Of a DNA stretch of 50,391 nt, positions 11,232 to 20,135 are shown in pieces. The DNA comes from an uncultured Rubrivivax sp. (GTDB taxonomy: Bacteria; Pseudomonadota; Gammaproteobacteria; Burkholderiales; Burkholderiaceae_C). How positions within the stretch are numbered: position 1 is the first letter of the stretch; each line of letters opens with the position of its first letter. The stretch is taken from NCBI GenBank assembly GCA_964442175.1, contig CAYTWU010000001.1, positions 1-50,391 of the forward strand. Direction: 5' to 3'. The notes under the pieces are model-generated. The model was not told where the DNA came from and did not search any database. It saw only the letters and a list, made by a program, of their open reading frames with translations. Position numbers and translations under genes: made by a program.

Positions 11232-11863
11232 CAAGCGCTGGTGTAGGGCATCGTCGTCTTGAGCCACGGCGTGATGCCGCCGTTGCCCGTCGGCGTGCAA
11301 TCGTCGCTGCGCCATTTGATGCCCGCGGTGGGTTCGTGGTAACCACGGCCCTTGTAGCCGCGCCACATGTCCTGCAGGTAGCCGGTGCTGCAGACTGCCG
11401 CCGGCACCTTGCCCGCGCAGGCGTTCAGGTAGGCCGCTGCCAGGTGCGCGACCATGCACTTCTCGCCGGACGTCTCGGTGTAGCTGACGCACTCCAACAG
11501 GGTCTTGCCGCCGTAGGTGGCGTGGTCGTCGAAGCACTCCCTGAACAACTTCGGGTTGGCACCGTTGTCCTTCTTGCAGGAAGCCGGCCACTTGCTCCAG
11601 CTGCCGTTCGGGCCACAGTTTTTCCAGCCAGAAGGCTTGCAGCCGGTGACCGGATGGTGAATGTCCGGCCGGCTGGTGTTGAGCGAGGCGAAGCTCGATG
11701 CCGGTGTGGTCGTGTAGTTGTAGGTGGCGCGCACCGGGTTGCTGACCACGGTCAGCATGGCAGGCGCCAGTGCGGCACTGCCTTGCAGCAGCCGACGACG
11801 GCCGGCGCTGCGCGGTGCGGAAGCCGAGGGACCGGCAGGGTCGTTCGGTCGGTCGGAAGCCAT
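11231..11863 (-). CDS. Putative Tat-exported Cys-rich hypothetical protein, 210 aa
   Basis: GRRRLLQG twin-arginine motif, hydrophobic stretch, PVRA cleavage site, 9 Cys; SD GGAG precedes ATG11863; host-like codon usage. Confidence 0.75.
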   Translation of the reverse strand: MASDRPNDPAGPSASAPRSAGRRRLLQGSAALAPAMLTVVSNPVRATYNYTTTPASSFASLNTSRPDIHHPVTGCKPSGWKNCGPNGSWSKWPASCKKDNGANPKLFRECFDDHATYGGKTLLECVSYTETSGEKCMVAHLAAAYLNACAGKVPAAVCSTGYLQDMWRGYKGRGYHEPTAGIKWRSDDCTPTGNGGITPWLKTTMPYTSA

Positions 11864-11998
11864 CGTCACTTCTCCAGGGCGTTTTGCCGAATTCTAGGTG
11901 CCGGTGTCCGCAAGGAGGTTCCCTGGGACCCGCATGAATGGGGGGCGGATGCTGCTGAATCAGCCCATGCGCGCATTGCGCCACATCCTGTCTCACCC

Positions 11999-12024
11999 AA
12001 AAAAATGGGGCCCGCAGGCCCCAT
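11999..12024 (-). terminator. Rho-independent terminator of the PEP-CTERM gene
   Basis: On the minus strand: ATGGGGCC-TGCG-GGCCCCAT followed by a T run, about 35 nt after the stop. Confidence 0.85.
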
Positions 12025-12059
12025 CCCGTGCGGAGCAGGCGAATCGCCTGCGGCGCGGC

Positions 12060-12854
12060 TTACTTCGCAGCGGCCTTGCGGCGGCGGGCCATGCCCAGGC
12101 CAGCGAGGGCCAGACCGGCCAGGGCCAGGGAGCCGGGTTCCGGAACGGCACCGACGATGTCGATCGAGAAGTCCATGCCCGGGAAGCCAGCGCCGGCCGT
12201 GTTCACGATCATCTGGATCGCGCCAACGTCTGCAAAGTTCGCACTGGTGAATTCGTTGAACATGAAGCCGATGTTCAACAGGCCGCCATTGCTGACAACC
12301 GTCTTGGTCAGTTCCGACAACACGTAGTCGGAACCGATCTTGGTCCACACCTGAAACGTCATGTCGTAGGTCTGGGTGGCGTTGTCGGCAAACGACTTGA
12401 CAAGAATCTGAGCGCCTGCGTTGAGCAGGTTGGCGGCGTTGAGGCCGTCCGTGTCAACTCCTGAGGTGTAGTCGGTGCCCGCGCCGTCCCAGCGGACGAT
12501 GGCGAAGCCAGAAGTGCCGATGCCCTGGTTGTAGTTGAAGTTGCCACCCAGAAGGTTGGCGTCAACGCCTTGACTGCCGGAGGTCTTGAAGACCGCGATG
12601 TCACGTTGCAGGCCGATGATGTCGGTAGCGGCGGCGAGAGCCGACGTGCTGGCAGCGCCGACGTCAACACCAGCCATGTTTGTCTGGTAGTTGGTCAAGC
12701 CGCCCGTCGAGGTGGTGAGCGGCGCCGAGGTGGCCGTGAAGTCAGCGACACCTGCCTGTCCGACGTCGAACGTGTCGATCACGAGAGCCGAATGGGCCGA
12801 ACCGGCAACCAACAGGCCAAGCGCAGCGGCGGAGAAGATCTTGGAGAAAGTCAT
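12060..12854 (-). CDS. PEP-CTERM sorting domain protein, 264 aa
   Basis: Sec signal (MTFSKIFSAAALGLLVAGSAHS); C-terminal VPEPGSLALAGLALAGLGMARRRK; SD AAGGAG 6 nt before ATG12854. Confidence 0.95.
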   Translation of the reverse strand: MTFSKIFSAAALGLLVAGSAHSALVIDTFDVGQAGVADFTATSAPLTTSTGGLTNYQTNMAGVDVGAASTSALAAATDIIGLQRDIAVFKTSGSQGVDANLLGGNFNYNQGIGTSGFAIVRWDGAGTDYTSGVDTDGLNAANLLNAGAQILVKSFADNATQTYDMTFQVWTKIGSDYVLSELTKTVVSNGGLLNIGFMFNEFTSANFADVGAIQMIVNTAGAGFPGMDFSIDIVGAVPEPGSLALAGLALAGLGMARRRKAAAK

Positions 12855-12916
12855 GGTTGACTCCTTGCCCTTGTTTACTGTCGGAAGCCCGATTGCTTCC
12901 AATCGGACTGACACTA

Positions 12917-12932
12917 AGCAGGCACCGTGCCA
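12917..12932 (-). promoter_or_regulatory. Sigma-54 (-24/-12) promoter of the PEP-CTERM gene
   Basis: Minus strand TGGCACGGTGCCTGCT = TGGCAC-N5-CTGC with exact GG-N10-GC spacing, about 60 nt upstream of the start. Confidence 0.8.
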
Positions 12933-12951
12933 GCCAGCAAAAGTCTTTATA

Positions 12952-12964
12952 CATCAGCAAGTTA
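12952..12964. promoter_or_regulatory. Putative IHF site
   Basis: CATCAGCAAGTTA matches WATCAR-N4-TTR except at the first base; adjacent AT-rich tract; lies between the sigma-54 site and the enhancer. Confidence 0.5.
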
Positions 12965-13006
12965 TACGACTCTGTGGCTTGTGGTGCGCGTGTTGTTGCG
13001 GTGCCG

Positions 13007-13023
13007 TGTAAGGAAATTCGACA
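13007..13023. promoter_or_regulatory. Putative PrsR enhancer (TGT-N11-ACA, PEP-CTERM box type)
   Basis: TGTAAGGAAATTCGACA, about 75 nt upstream of the -24 element; TGT-Nn-ACA dyads are typical bEBP sites. Confidence 0.6.
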
Positions 13024-13316
13024 TCGAGTCGTACTCACCCTGGGTGCGCGGCAAGGTCACCCCTGAGGCCGTCCACCGCCAGATCGCTGTGCACATGGTG
13101 CAGGGCGTGCGCCTTTGCAGGTGCCAACGTTGCACGCCGCAGGCCGTGAATAATCCGCCGTCGTCACTTGTCCGTGCCCATGCGTGCTTGGTGGTGCCCG
13201 GCTTCTGTGCAAGCATCCCGATCCGGGCCCATCTGTTCATGTGGAGTACTGCTCTTTTCAGGGCTGTACGGTCTTGAGCTGGTGGCCACTCAGGCCGAAC
13301 TCCCAGGAACAGACCG

Positions 13317-13961
13317 ATGAATTTGCCTCCCGCCATGATGTCCCGAATCGTCCAGAAGGCACTTGCACAGTCTGCGCTGGCAGCCTTGGCTGTCCTGGCC
13401 GGCTGCGCCACCGCGCCGAGCAACCTGCCGCCTGCACCGGTGCAGGCGGCGTCGCCTGAATACAGCTATGTCATCGGCCCTGGCGACAGCCTGAACATCA
13501 TCGTCTGGCGCAACCCGGAGTTGTCGATGTCGGTGCCGGTGCGGCCCGACGGCAAGGTTTCGGCGCCGCTGGTGGACGAGATCGTGGCCCAGGGCAAGAC
13601 CTCGGTGCAGATGGCGCGTGAGGTGGAAGAAAAACTCGCCAAGTTCGTGCGCGACCCCATCGTCACCGTGGTGGTCACCGGCTTCGTGGGCCCCTACAGC
13701 GAGCAGATCCGCGTGGTGGGTGAGGCCGCCAAGCCCCAGTTCCTCCCCTACAAGCAGAAAATGACCGTGCTGGACGTGATGATCGCCGTGGGCGGGCTCA
13801 CCGACTTTGCGGATGGCAACGGCGCCACCATCCTGCGCACCGGCGACGGCAACAAACAATACAGCGTGCGCCTGAAAGACCTGGTCAAGCGCGGCGATGT
13901 CAGCGCCAACGTCGAGATGCGGCCGGGTGACATCCTGATCATCCCGCAGAGCTTCTTCTGA
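13317..13961 (+). CDS. Wza-like polysaccharide export lipoprotein (TIGR03027-like)
   Basis: Lipobox LAGC, YVIGPGDSLNIIVW, VRPDGKVS, SLBB domain, PGDILIIPQS. Confidence 0.9.
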   Translation: MNLPPAMMSRIVQKALAQSALAALAVLAGCATAPSNLPPAPVQAASPEYSYVIGPGDSLNIIVWRNPELSMSVPVRPDGKVSAPLVDEIVAQGKTSVQMAREVEEKLAKFVRDPIVTVVVTGFVGPYSEQIRVVGEAAKPQFLPYKQKMTVLDVMIAVGGLTDFADGNGATILRTGDGNKQYSVRLKDLVKRGDVSANVEMRPGDILIIPQSFF

Positions 13962-13998
13962 CGCCCTCCCCACGCGCCCCCACCACGCTGCGACGGCC

Positions 13999-15579
13999 AT
14001 GAACGAACTGCTGCTCCAGATCTCGACCATTGCCCGTGGCATGTGGCGCTTCCGCTGGCCGGCCGTGGCCGTGGCCTGGCTGGTGGCGGTGGTCGGCACG
14101 ATCGGCATCTTCCGCATCCCGGACCAATACGAGGCCAATGCCCGGATCTTCGTCGACACGCAGTCCATCCTGCGGCCCCTGCTCTCTGGCCTGGCGGTGC
14201 AGCCCAACGTCGAGCAGCAGATCGGCATGCTCAGCCGCACGCTGATCAGCCGGCCCAACATCGAGAAGCTGGTGCGCATGGCCGACCTGGATCTGTCGGC
14301 CAAGAGCAAGGCGGACCAGGATGCGTTGATCGACGGCCTGATGAAGGACATCCGCATCACCGGTACCTCGCGCGACAACCTCTTTTCACTCAGCTTCCGC
14401 GACAGTGACCAGGAAAAGGCCAAGCGTGTGGTGCAGTCGCTGGTGTCCATCTTCGTGGAGTCCAGCCTGGGCGCGACGCGCAAGGACACCGATTCCGCCA
14501 AGGTCTTCCTGAACGAGCAGATCAAGAACTTCGAGGCCAAGCTGGAAGAGTCCGAAACCCGCCTGAAGGAGTTCCGTTTGCGCAACCTGGACCTGCAGGT
14601 GGCGGAAGGCAAGGACTCCGCGTCGCGCCTGGTGGACCTGAACCGCCAGCTGGAAGACGCCAAACTGCAGCTGCGTGAAGCCGAAAACGCGCGCGACTCC
14701 GCCAAGACGCAAATCGCGGCCGAGCGGGCCCGCATTGCTGCGGTGGCCACCGCCGCGCCGGACGATGCCTCGGTCAACATCGCCACGCCCGAGATCGACT
14801 CGCGGCTGGACGCCCAGAAGCGCAACCTCGACAGCTTGCTGCAGCGCTTCACCGAGCAACACCCCGATGTGCTGAATGCGCGCCGGCTGATCCGTGAACT
14901 GGAAGAGCAGAAGAAGAAGGAGGTGGCGGCGCTGCGCAAGGCCGCTGCTGCGGCCGGGTCACCCACCGCGGCGCCCAGCGCGCAGAACGCCACGCTGCAG
15001 GAGCTGAACCGCCTGCTGGCCGCCAGCGAGGTTCAGGCCGCTTCGCTTCGGGCGCGTGTGAACGAGTTCAGCGCCCGCCTCGCGACGGCCCGCTCGGCGG
15101 TGCGCACGGCGCCGCAGATCGAAGCCGAAGCCGCCCAGCTGAACCGCGATTACGAGATCACGAAGAAAAACTACGAAGACCTGGTGGCCCGCCGCCAATC
15201 GGCCACGATCTCGGGCGACCTCGATTCCGCATCCGGCATGGCCGACTTCCGGCTGATCGACCCGCCACGTGTGTCCCCCAAACCCGTCTTCCCGAACCGC
15301 CTGCTGCTGCTGCCGCTGGCGCTGGTGGCGGCCGTGGGCGCCGGCATCTTCACGGCGTTTGCGGCCAGCCAGGTGCGTCCGGTTTTCATGGAGGCCTCCG
15401 AGCTGCGTACCAAGACGGGCCTGCCGCTGCTGGGGGTGGTGTCCATCGCCTTGGCCGAGCCCGACCGCCGCCGCGAGCGGCGTGACAAGCTCAAGTTCGT
15501 GGGCGCCACCGGCGGATTGCTGCTGAGTTTCGTGATGACGCTCGGTGCGATGGCCTTCCTGACCTCCCGCATCTCCTGA
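13999..15579 (+). CDS. XrtA-system polysaccharide chain-length determinant (PCP, TIGR03007-like)
   Basis: N-terminal TM, coiled coil, FTEQHPDV, LNRDY, IDPP..P..P..PNR, C-terminal TM segments. Confidence 0.9.
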   Translation: MNELLLQISTIARGMWRFRWPAVAVAWLVAVVGTIGIFRIPDQYEANARIFVDTQSILRPLLSGLAVQPNVEQQIGMLSRTLISRPNIEKLVRMADLDLSAKSKADQDALIDGLMKDIRITGTSRDNLFSLSFRDSDQEKAKRVVQSLVSIFVESSLGATRKDTDSAKVFLNEQIKNFEAKLEESETRLKEFRLRNLDLQVAEGKDSASRLVDLNRQLEDAKLQLREAENARDSAKTQIAAERARIAAVATAAPDDASVNIATPEIDSRLDAQKRNLDSLLQRFTEQHPDVLNARRLIRELEEQKKKEVAALRKAAAAAGSPTAAPSAQNATLQELNRLLAASEVQAASLRARVNEFSARLATARSAVRTAPQIEAEAAQLNRDYEITKKNYEDLVARRQSATISGDLDSASGMADFRLIDPPRVSPKPVFPNRLLLLPLALVAAVGAGIFTAFAASQVRPVFMEASELRTKTGLPLLGVVSIALAEPDRRRERRDKLKFVGATGGLLLSFVMTLGAMAFLTSRIS

Positions 15580-15586
15580 CCACGCC

Positions 15587-16573
15587 ATGAGCAGTCTGAT
15601 CGAACAAGCCGCCCATCGGCTGGAGCAACTCCGGCGTGCCGGTGTCGAGATCCCGGGCAACCCGCCGTTGGCCTCGCCGTCGGCCGCGTCGGCCGCGTCG
15701 GTCACGCCTGCCGCGCGCACCGTGCCTGCGCCTGCAGCGCCGGTGCCGGCCGAAGAGCCGCCATCGCCGCAGTCGCGCATGGTCGAGATCAACCTCGAGC
15801 ACCTGCAGGCCGCCAACGTGCTCACGCCCGCATCGCCGCGCACCGCGATGTCGGACCAGTACCGTGTCATCAAGCGGCCCCTGATCGCCAATGCCATGGG
15901 CCGGGGTGCCGCGCCGCTGCGCCACGGCAACCTGATCATGGTGACCAGCGCGCTGCCGGGCGAGGGCAAGAGCTTCACCTCGTTGAACCTGGCCATGAGC
16001 ATCGCGGCCGAGCTGGACAACACCGTGATGCTGGTGGACGCTGATGTGGCGCGCCCGTCGGTGTTGCGCATGCTGGGGCTGCCACCCGGGCCGGGGCTGC
16101 TGGACATCCTGGAAGGCCGGGCCGACATGGCCGATGTGCTGCTGCGCACCAACATCGACAAGCTGACCCTGCTGCCCAGCGGCAACGTGCACCCGCGTGC
16201 CACCGAGTTGCTGGCCAGCGATGCGATGCGGGATCTGCTGGACGACATGGCCACGCGCTACCCCGACCGCATCATCATCTTCGATTCGCCGCCGCTGCTG
16301 CTGACGACCGAATCGCGCGTGCTGGCCACCCAGATGGGCCAGATCGTCGTGGTGGTGAACGCCGGCAAGACCTTGCAGGCCGATGTGATGAACGCGCTCA
16401 ACACCATCGAATCCTGCCCGGTGAAGATGATGCTGCTCAACCGCGCCCGCGGCACACAGAGCGCGTCGTATGGCTACGGTTATGGCTACGGCTATGGTTA
16501 TGGCGCACCGGCCGCCAAGGCCGAGGAGGCCGATGGCGCGCCCGTCGCCGCTACGACGCCGTCGGCCGGCTGA
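15587..16573 (+). CDS. XrtA-associated tyrosine autokinase (BY-kinase, TIGR03018-like)
   Basis: Walker A SALPGEGKS, A' VDAD, B IIFDSPP, C-terminal (YG)6 tyrosine cluster. Confidence 0.92.
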   Translation: MSSLIEQAAHRLEQLRRAGVEIPGNPPLASPSAASAASVTPAARTVPAPAAPVPAEEPPSPQSRMVEINLEHLQAANVLTPASPRTAMSDQYRVIKRPLIANAMGRGAAPLRHGNLIMVTSALPGEGKSFTSLNLAMSIAAELDNTVMLVDADVARPSVLRMLGLPPGPGLLDILEGRADMADVLLRTNIDKLTLLPSGNVHPRATELLASDAMRDLLDDMATRYPDRIIIFDSPPLLLTTESRVLATQMGQIVVVVNAGKTLQADVMNALNTIESCPVKMMLLNRARGTQSASYGYGYGYGYGYGAPAAKAEEADGAPVAATTPSAG

Positions 16574-16576
16574 CCG

Positions 16577-18100
16577 ATGCCGCCCAAACCAGCACCGCGC
16601 CTGACGCCCCGTCTGCTGGCCTGCTGCCTGGCAGCGGCCTGGGCACCAGCCGCCTGGTCGCAGACCAGTGGCTTGCGGCTGCAGCCGACGCTGAACCTGG
16701 GCGTCACGGTGACCGACTCGCATGACTTCGAGGACGGCATCCGCCGCGGCGAGGTCATCAGCACGGTTGGCGCCGGTCTGGCCGTCACCAGCAACGGTGG
16801 CCGTTTGCGCGGCGCCTTGAACTACCGCGCGGACGGCGTGGTGTATGCGCGCGACACACCCGCCAATGCCCTGCTGCACAGCCTGCAATCCAGTGCCGTG
16901 GCCGAGGTGCTGGAGCGTCAACTGTTTGTCGACGTGAGCGCGCGCGTTTCGCAGCAGCCGGTGTCCACGCGCCAGGTGCAGACCGTGGACAGCGTGTTGA
17001 CCGAGCGCAACCGCTCGCAGCTGGCCAGCATCAACGTGCAGCCCCGGTTCGAGTTCCAGCTGGGGCAGATCGCCGATGGCCGCGTGTCGGCCAGCGGCAC
17101 CTACACCCGGCCCAGCGGGGACAGTGACCGCGAGGACTCGGGCCAGGCCTCTGCCAGCTTTTCGCTGGTGTCGGCCGGCGTCTCCAAGCTGGGCTGGAAT
17201 GCTTCGGCCACGCGCAACGTCTCGCAGTTCCGCGGCAGCCGGCGGGCCACCGACGATCGCTTGGTGGCCGGGGTCGACTTCAAGCCCGATGTCGACTGGC
17301 GGCTGTCCTTGCGCGGTGGTGTCGATTACTCCGACATCAACGCCGCGGGCGAGCGCCGCCGCTATGACAGCTGGGGCGCCGGTGTGGACTGGACACCTTC
17401 CCCGCGCACCCGCGCCACGCTGCAGGCCGACAAACGTTCCTTCGGCGATGCGTTCGGGGTTTCACTCGAACACCGCTCACGCCAGACGGTCTGGCGCTAC
17501 AGCGACCAGCAGGACATCTCGCGCAGCGGTGCCAACGATGCCGTGCAGCTGGCGTCCGCCTACGACCTTTTCTTCGCGCTGTACGCCTCGCAGGAGCCGG
17601 ACCCGGTGAAGCGCCAGGAGCTGGTGGAAAGCGTATTGGCGCGCAACGGCCTGCAGCGTGAATCGCAGCTGGCGGTGGGGTTCCTGAGCAACTCGATCAC
17701 GCTGCAGCGGCGCCAGCAAGCCTCGGTGCTGCTGCAGACCGTGCGCACCAGTTATTCGCTGTCCGCCTTCGGCTCGCGCTCGCGCCGAGTCGAAGACGGC
17801 TCCTTGCTGGTGGACGACACGGCCAACGGCAACAGCGTGATGCAACGCGGGCTGACGCTGCAGGTGTCGCACCGTGTCACGCCGACGGCGGCGCTCACGG
17901 GTGCGGTCAGCTGGCAGCGCAACAGCGAGAGTGAACTTGGCAGTACGCCGAGCACTCTGAAGAGCCTGTCCTTGTCGTGGTCAGACCGTCTCGGGCCGCG
18001 GACCGCCTACTCGCTGAGCGTCCGACACGCGGAGTACTTTGCCGAGATCGACCCCTACACCGAAAATGCCCTCATCGCCAACCTGAGCCTGCGCTTCTAG
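16577..18100 (+). CDS. PEP-CTERM-associated outer-membrane beta-barrel protein (TIGR03016-like)
   Basis: Signal peptide (AWS-Q), alternating beta-strand pattern, C-terminal F; canonical position in the locus. Confidence 0.8.
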   Translation: MPPKPAPRLTPRLLACCLAAAWAPAAWSQTSGLRLQPTLNLGVTVTDSHDFEDGIRRGEVISTVGAGLAVTSNGGRLRGALNYRADGVVYARDTPANALLHSLQSSAVAEVLERQLFVDVSARVSQQPVSTRQVQTVDSVLTERNRSQLASINVQPRFEFQLGQIADGRVSASGTYTRPSGDSDREDSGQASASFSLVSAGVSKLGWNASATRNVSQFRGSRRATDDRLVAGVDFKPDVDWRLSLRGGVDYSDINAAGERRRYDSWGAGVDWTPSPRTRATLQADKRSFGDAFGVSLEHRSRQTVWRYSDQQDISRSGANDAVQLASAYDLFFALYASQEPDPVKRQELVESVLARNGLQRESQLAVGFLSNSITLQRRQQASVLLQTVRTSYSLSAFGSRSRRVEDGSLLVDDTANGNSVMQRGLTLQVSHRVTPTAALTGAVSWQRNSESELGSTPSTLKSLSLSWSDRLGPRTAYSLSVRHAEYFAEIDPYTENALIANLSLRF

Positions 18101-18104
18101 AGCC

Positions 18105-19244
18105 ATGTACGAAACCCACTACGGGCTCACGAGCAAGCCCTTCCAGCTCATCCCCGACCCGAGCTTCTACTTCGGCAGCAAGCAGCACAGCCGTGCCAAG
18201 GCCTACCTGGAGTACGGTGTCTCGCGCAACGAAGGTTTTGTCGTCATCACCGGCGAGATCGGCGCCGGCAAGACCACCATCCTGCGCACGCTGATCGAGG
18301 GCCTGCACGGCAGCAACGTCGTCACCGGCCACCTGGTCACCACCCAGCTGGGCGCGGAAGACACGCTGCGCATGGTCGGCGCGGCCTTCGGCTTCAAGGT
18401 CAAGGACGTGCCCAAGAGCGAGCTGCTGATCACGCTCGAGGCCTTTCTCATCAGTCAGACCAGCCAGGGCAAACGTTGCCTGCTGATCGTCGACGAGGCG
18501 CAGAACCTCAGCATGCGCGCGATCGAAGAGCTGCGCATGCTCAGCAACTTCCAGTTTGGCAACCAGGCTTTGCTGCAGAGCTTCCTGATCGGCCAGCCGG
18601 AGTTCCGAGAGATCCTGCAGCGGCCAGAGATGGAGCAGTTCCGCCAGCGTGTGGCCGCCACCTGCCACATCGGCCCGCTGGACCCGGACGAAACCCGGGC
18701 CTACATCGAACACCGCCTCAAGCGCGCCGGCTCCAGTGACAAGCCCAGCTGGGGCGATGGCGCCTTCGAGGCCATCCACAAGGCCACGCGCGGCATCCCG
18801 CGCCGCATCAACTCGGTCTGCGACCGCGTGCTGCTGCTGGGTTTTCTGGCCGGCCGCACGGCGCTGACGGTGGACGACGTGAACGAGGTCGTGCGCGAGC
18901 TCGACGCTGAAAACGCCGTGCCGACCAAGAAGGACGCACCGCCGCTGCCTGACAGCGCGCCGGGCGATCTGTACGCCGGTTCGGTGGGGGGCATGCCGCT
19001 GGACCTGGACCTGTCCAAGCTCAAGGTCGAGCCGGCCCTGGCCGACAGCATGGGCAAGCAGCTCTCGCGTTTGTCGGCCGAGCAGCGGCTGGACCAGATG
19101 CAGCGCCTGGAGCGCAGCCTGCTGCGACTGGAGCGCATCAACGTGCAGACGCTGTCGATGATGCAGAAGCTGGTGAGCGCCGTCAGGCACAACAGCGGCA
19201 GCGCAGCGCCGGCGGCGCAGCCGTCCGACAACGCCGAGAAGTGA
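18105..19244 (+). CDS. XrtA/PEP-CTERM-associated ExeA-like ATPase (TIGR03015-like)
   Basis: MY..HYGL..KPF, GEIGAGKTT, IVDEAQNL, GIPRRIN. Confidence 0.9.
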   Translation: MYETHYGLTSKPFQLIPDPSFYFGSKQHSRAKAYLEYGVSRNEGFVVITGEIGAGKTTILRTLIEGLHGSNVVTGHLVTTQLGAEDTLRMVGAAFGFKVKDVPKSELLITLEAFLISQTSQGKRCLLIVDEAQNLSMRAIEELRMLSNFQFGNQALLQSFLIGQPEFREILQRPEMEQFRQRVAATCHIGPLDPDETRAYIEHRLKRAGSSDKPSWGDGAFEAIHKATRGIPRRINSVCDRVLLLGFLAGRTALTVDDVNEVVRELDAENAVPTKKDAPPLPDSAPGDLYAGSVGGMPLDLDLSKLKVEPALADSMGKQLSRLSAEQRLDQMQRLERSLLRLERINVQTLSMMQKLVSAVRHNSGSAAPAAQPSDNAEK

Positions 19245-19260
19245 CATCGCCGCAGACGCC

Positions 19261-20124
19261 ATGCTTGCCCCCGCCCTCACCAATGCGCTGACCATCGACG
19301 TCGAGGACTACTTCCAGGTCTCGGCCTTTGCGCCCTACATCCGCCGCGACGAGTGGGACGCGCGTGAATGCCGCGTCGAGCGCAACGTGGACCGCCTGCT
19401 GCAGATGCTGGCGGCGCACAACACCCACGCCACCTTCTTCACGCTGGGCTGGGTGGCCGAGCGTTACCCGGCGATGGTGCGCCGCATCGTGGCGGGTGGG
19501 CACGAACTGGCCAGCCATGGCCATGGGCACGAGCGTGCGAGTGATCTGGACCCGGCTGCGTTCCGCGCCGACCTGGACCGCGCCAAGAAGACCCTGGAAG
19601 ACATCGGCGGCGTGGCCATCCGCGGCTACCGTGCACCGAGTTTTTCCATCGGCCACGGCAACCTCTGGGCCTTCGACACGCTGCTGGAAACCGGCCACGC
19701 CTACAGCTCCAGCATCTACCCGATCAAACACGACCACTACGGCATGCCCGATGCACCGCGTTTTGTGCACCGGCGCGACAACGGCCTGCTCGAAGTGCCG
19801 GTGACCACGGTACGGCTGGGCGAGCGCAACCTGCCCTCCAGCGGCGGGGGCTGGTTCCGGTTGTTCCCCTACGCGCTGTCGCACTGGATGATCCGCCAGG
19901 TGAACCAGCAGGACCGCCAGGCCGCGATCTTTTACATGCACCCCTGGGAGATCGATCCCGGGCAGCCGCGCATCGCCGGCATCGATGCCAAGACCCGCTT
20001 CCGCCACTACGTGAACATCGGCCGCACCGAAGCCCGGCTGCAGCGCCTGCTGCAGGACTTCCGCTGGGGCCGCATGGACCACATTTTCCTGGCCTCGGCC
20101 CCCACTTCGGCCCCGCGCCTCTGA
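19261..20124 (+). CDS. XrtA-system polysaccharide deacetylase (TIGR03006-like)
   Basis: TIDVEDYF, HELASHG..H, GYRAPSFS, GGGWFR, YMHPWEID. Confidence 0.9.
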   Translation: MLAPALTNALTIDVEDYFQVSAFAPYIRRDEWDARECRVERNVDRLLQMLAAHNTHATFFTLGWVAERYPAMVRRIVAGGHELASHGHGHERASDLDPAAFRADLDRAKKTLEDIGGVAIRGYRAPSFSIGHGNLWAFDTLLETGHAYSSSIYPIKHDHYGMPDAPRFVHRRDNGLLEVPVTTVRLGERNLPSSGGGWFRLFPYALSHWMIRQVNQQDRQAAIFYMHPWEIDPGQPRIAGIDAKTRFRHYVNIGRTEARLQRLLQDFRWGRMDHIFLASAPTSAPRL

Positions 20125-20135
20125 CCCCGCACGCC

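Noticed and set aside
11968..11983. TGGCGCAATGCGCGCA (minus strand) as a sigma-54 promoter for the kinase operon
   Set aside because: The spacing fits, but the -12 element is poor (GCGC), it abuts the terminator and no enhancer is evident.
10947..11996. 349-aa ORF as one protein
   Set aside because: Only the last 94 aa look like a real protein (PqqD); the rest overlaps the Tat-protein gene in another frame.
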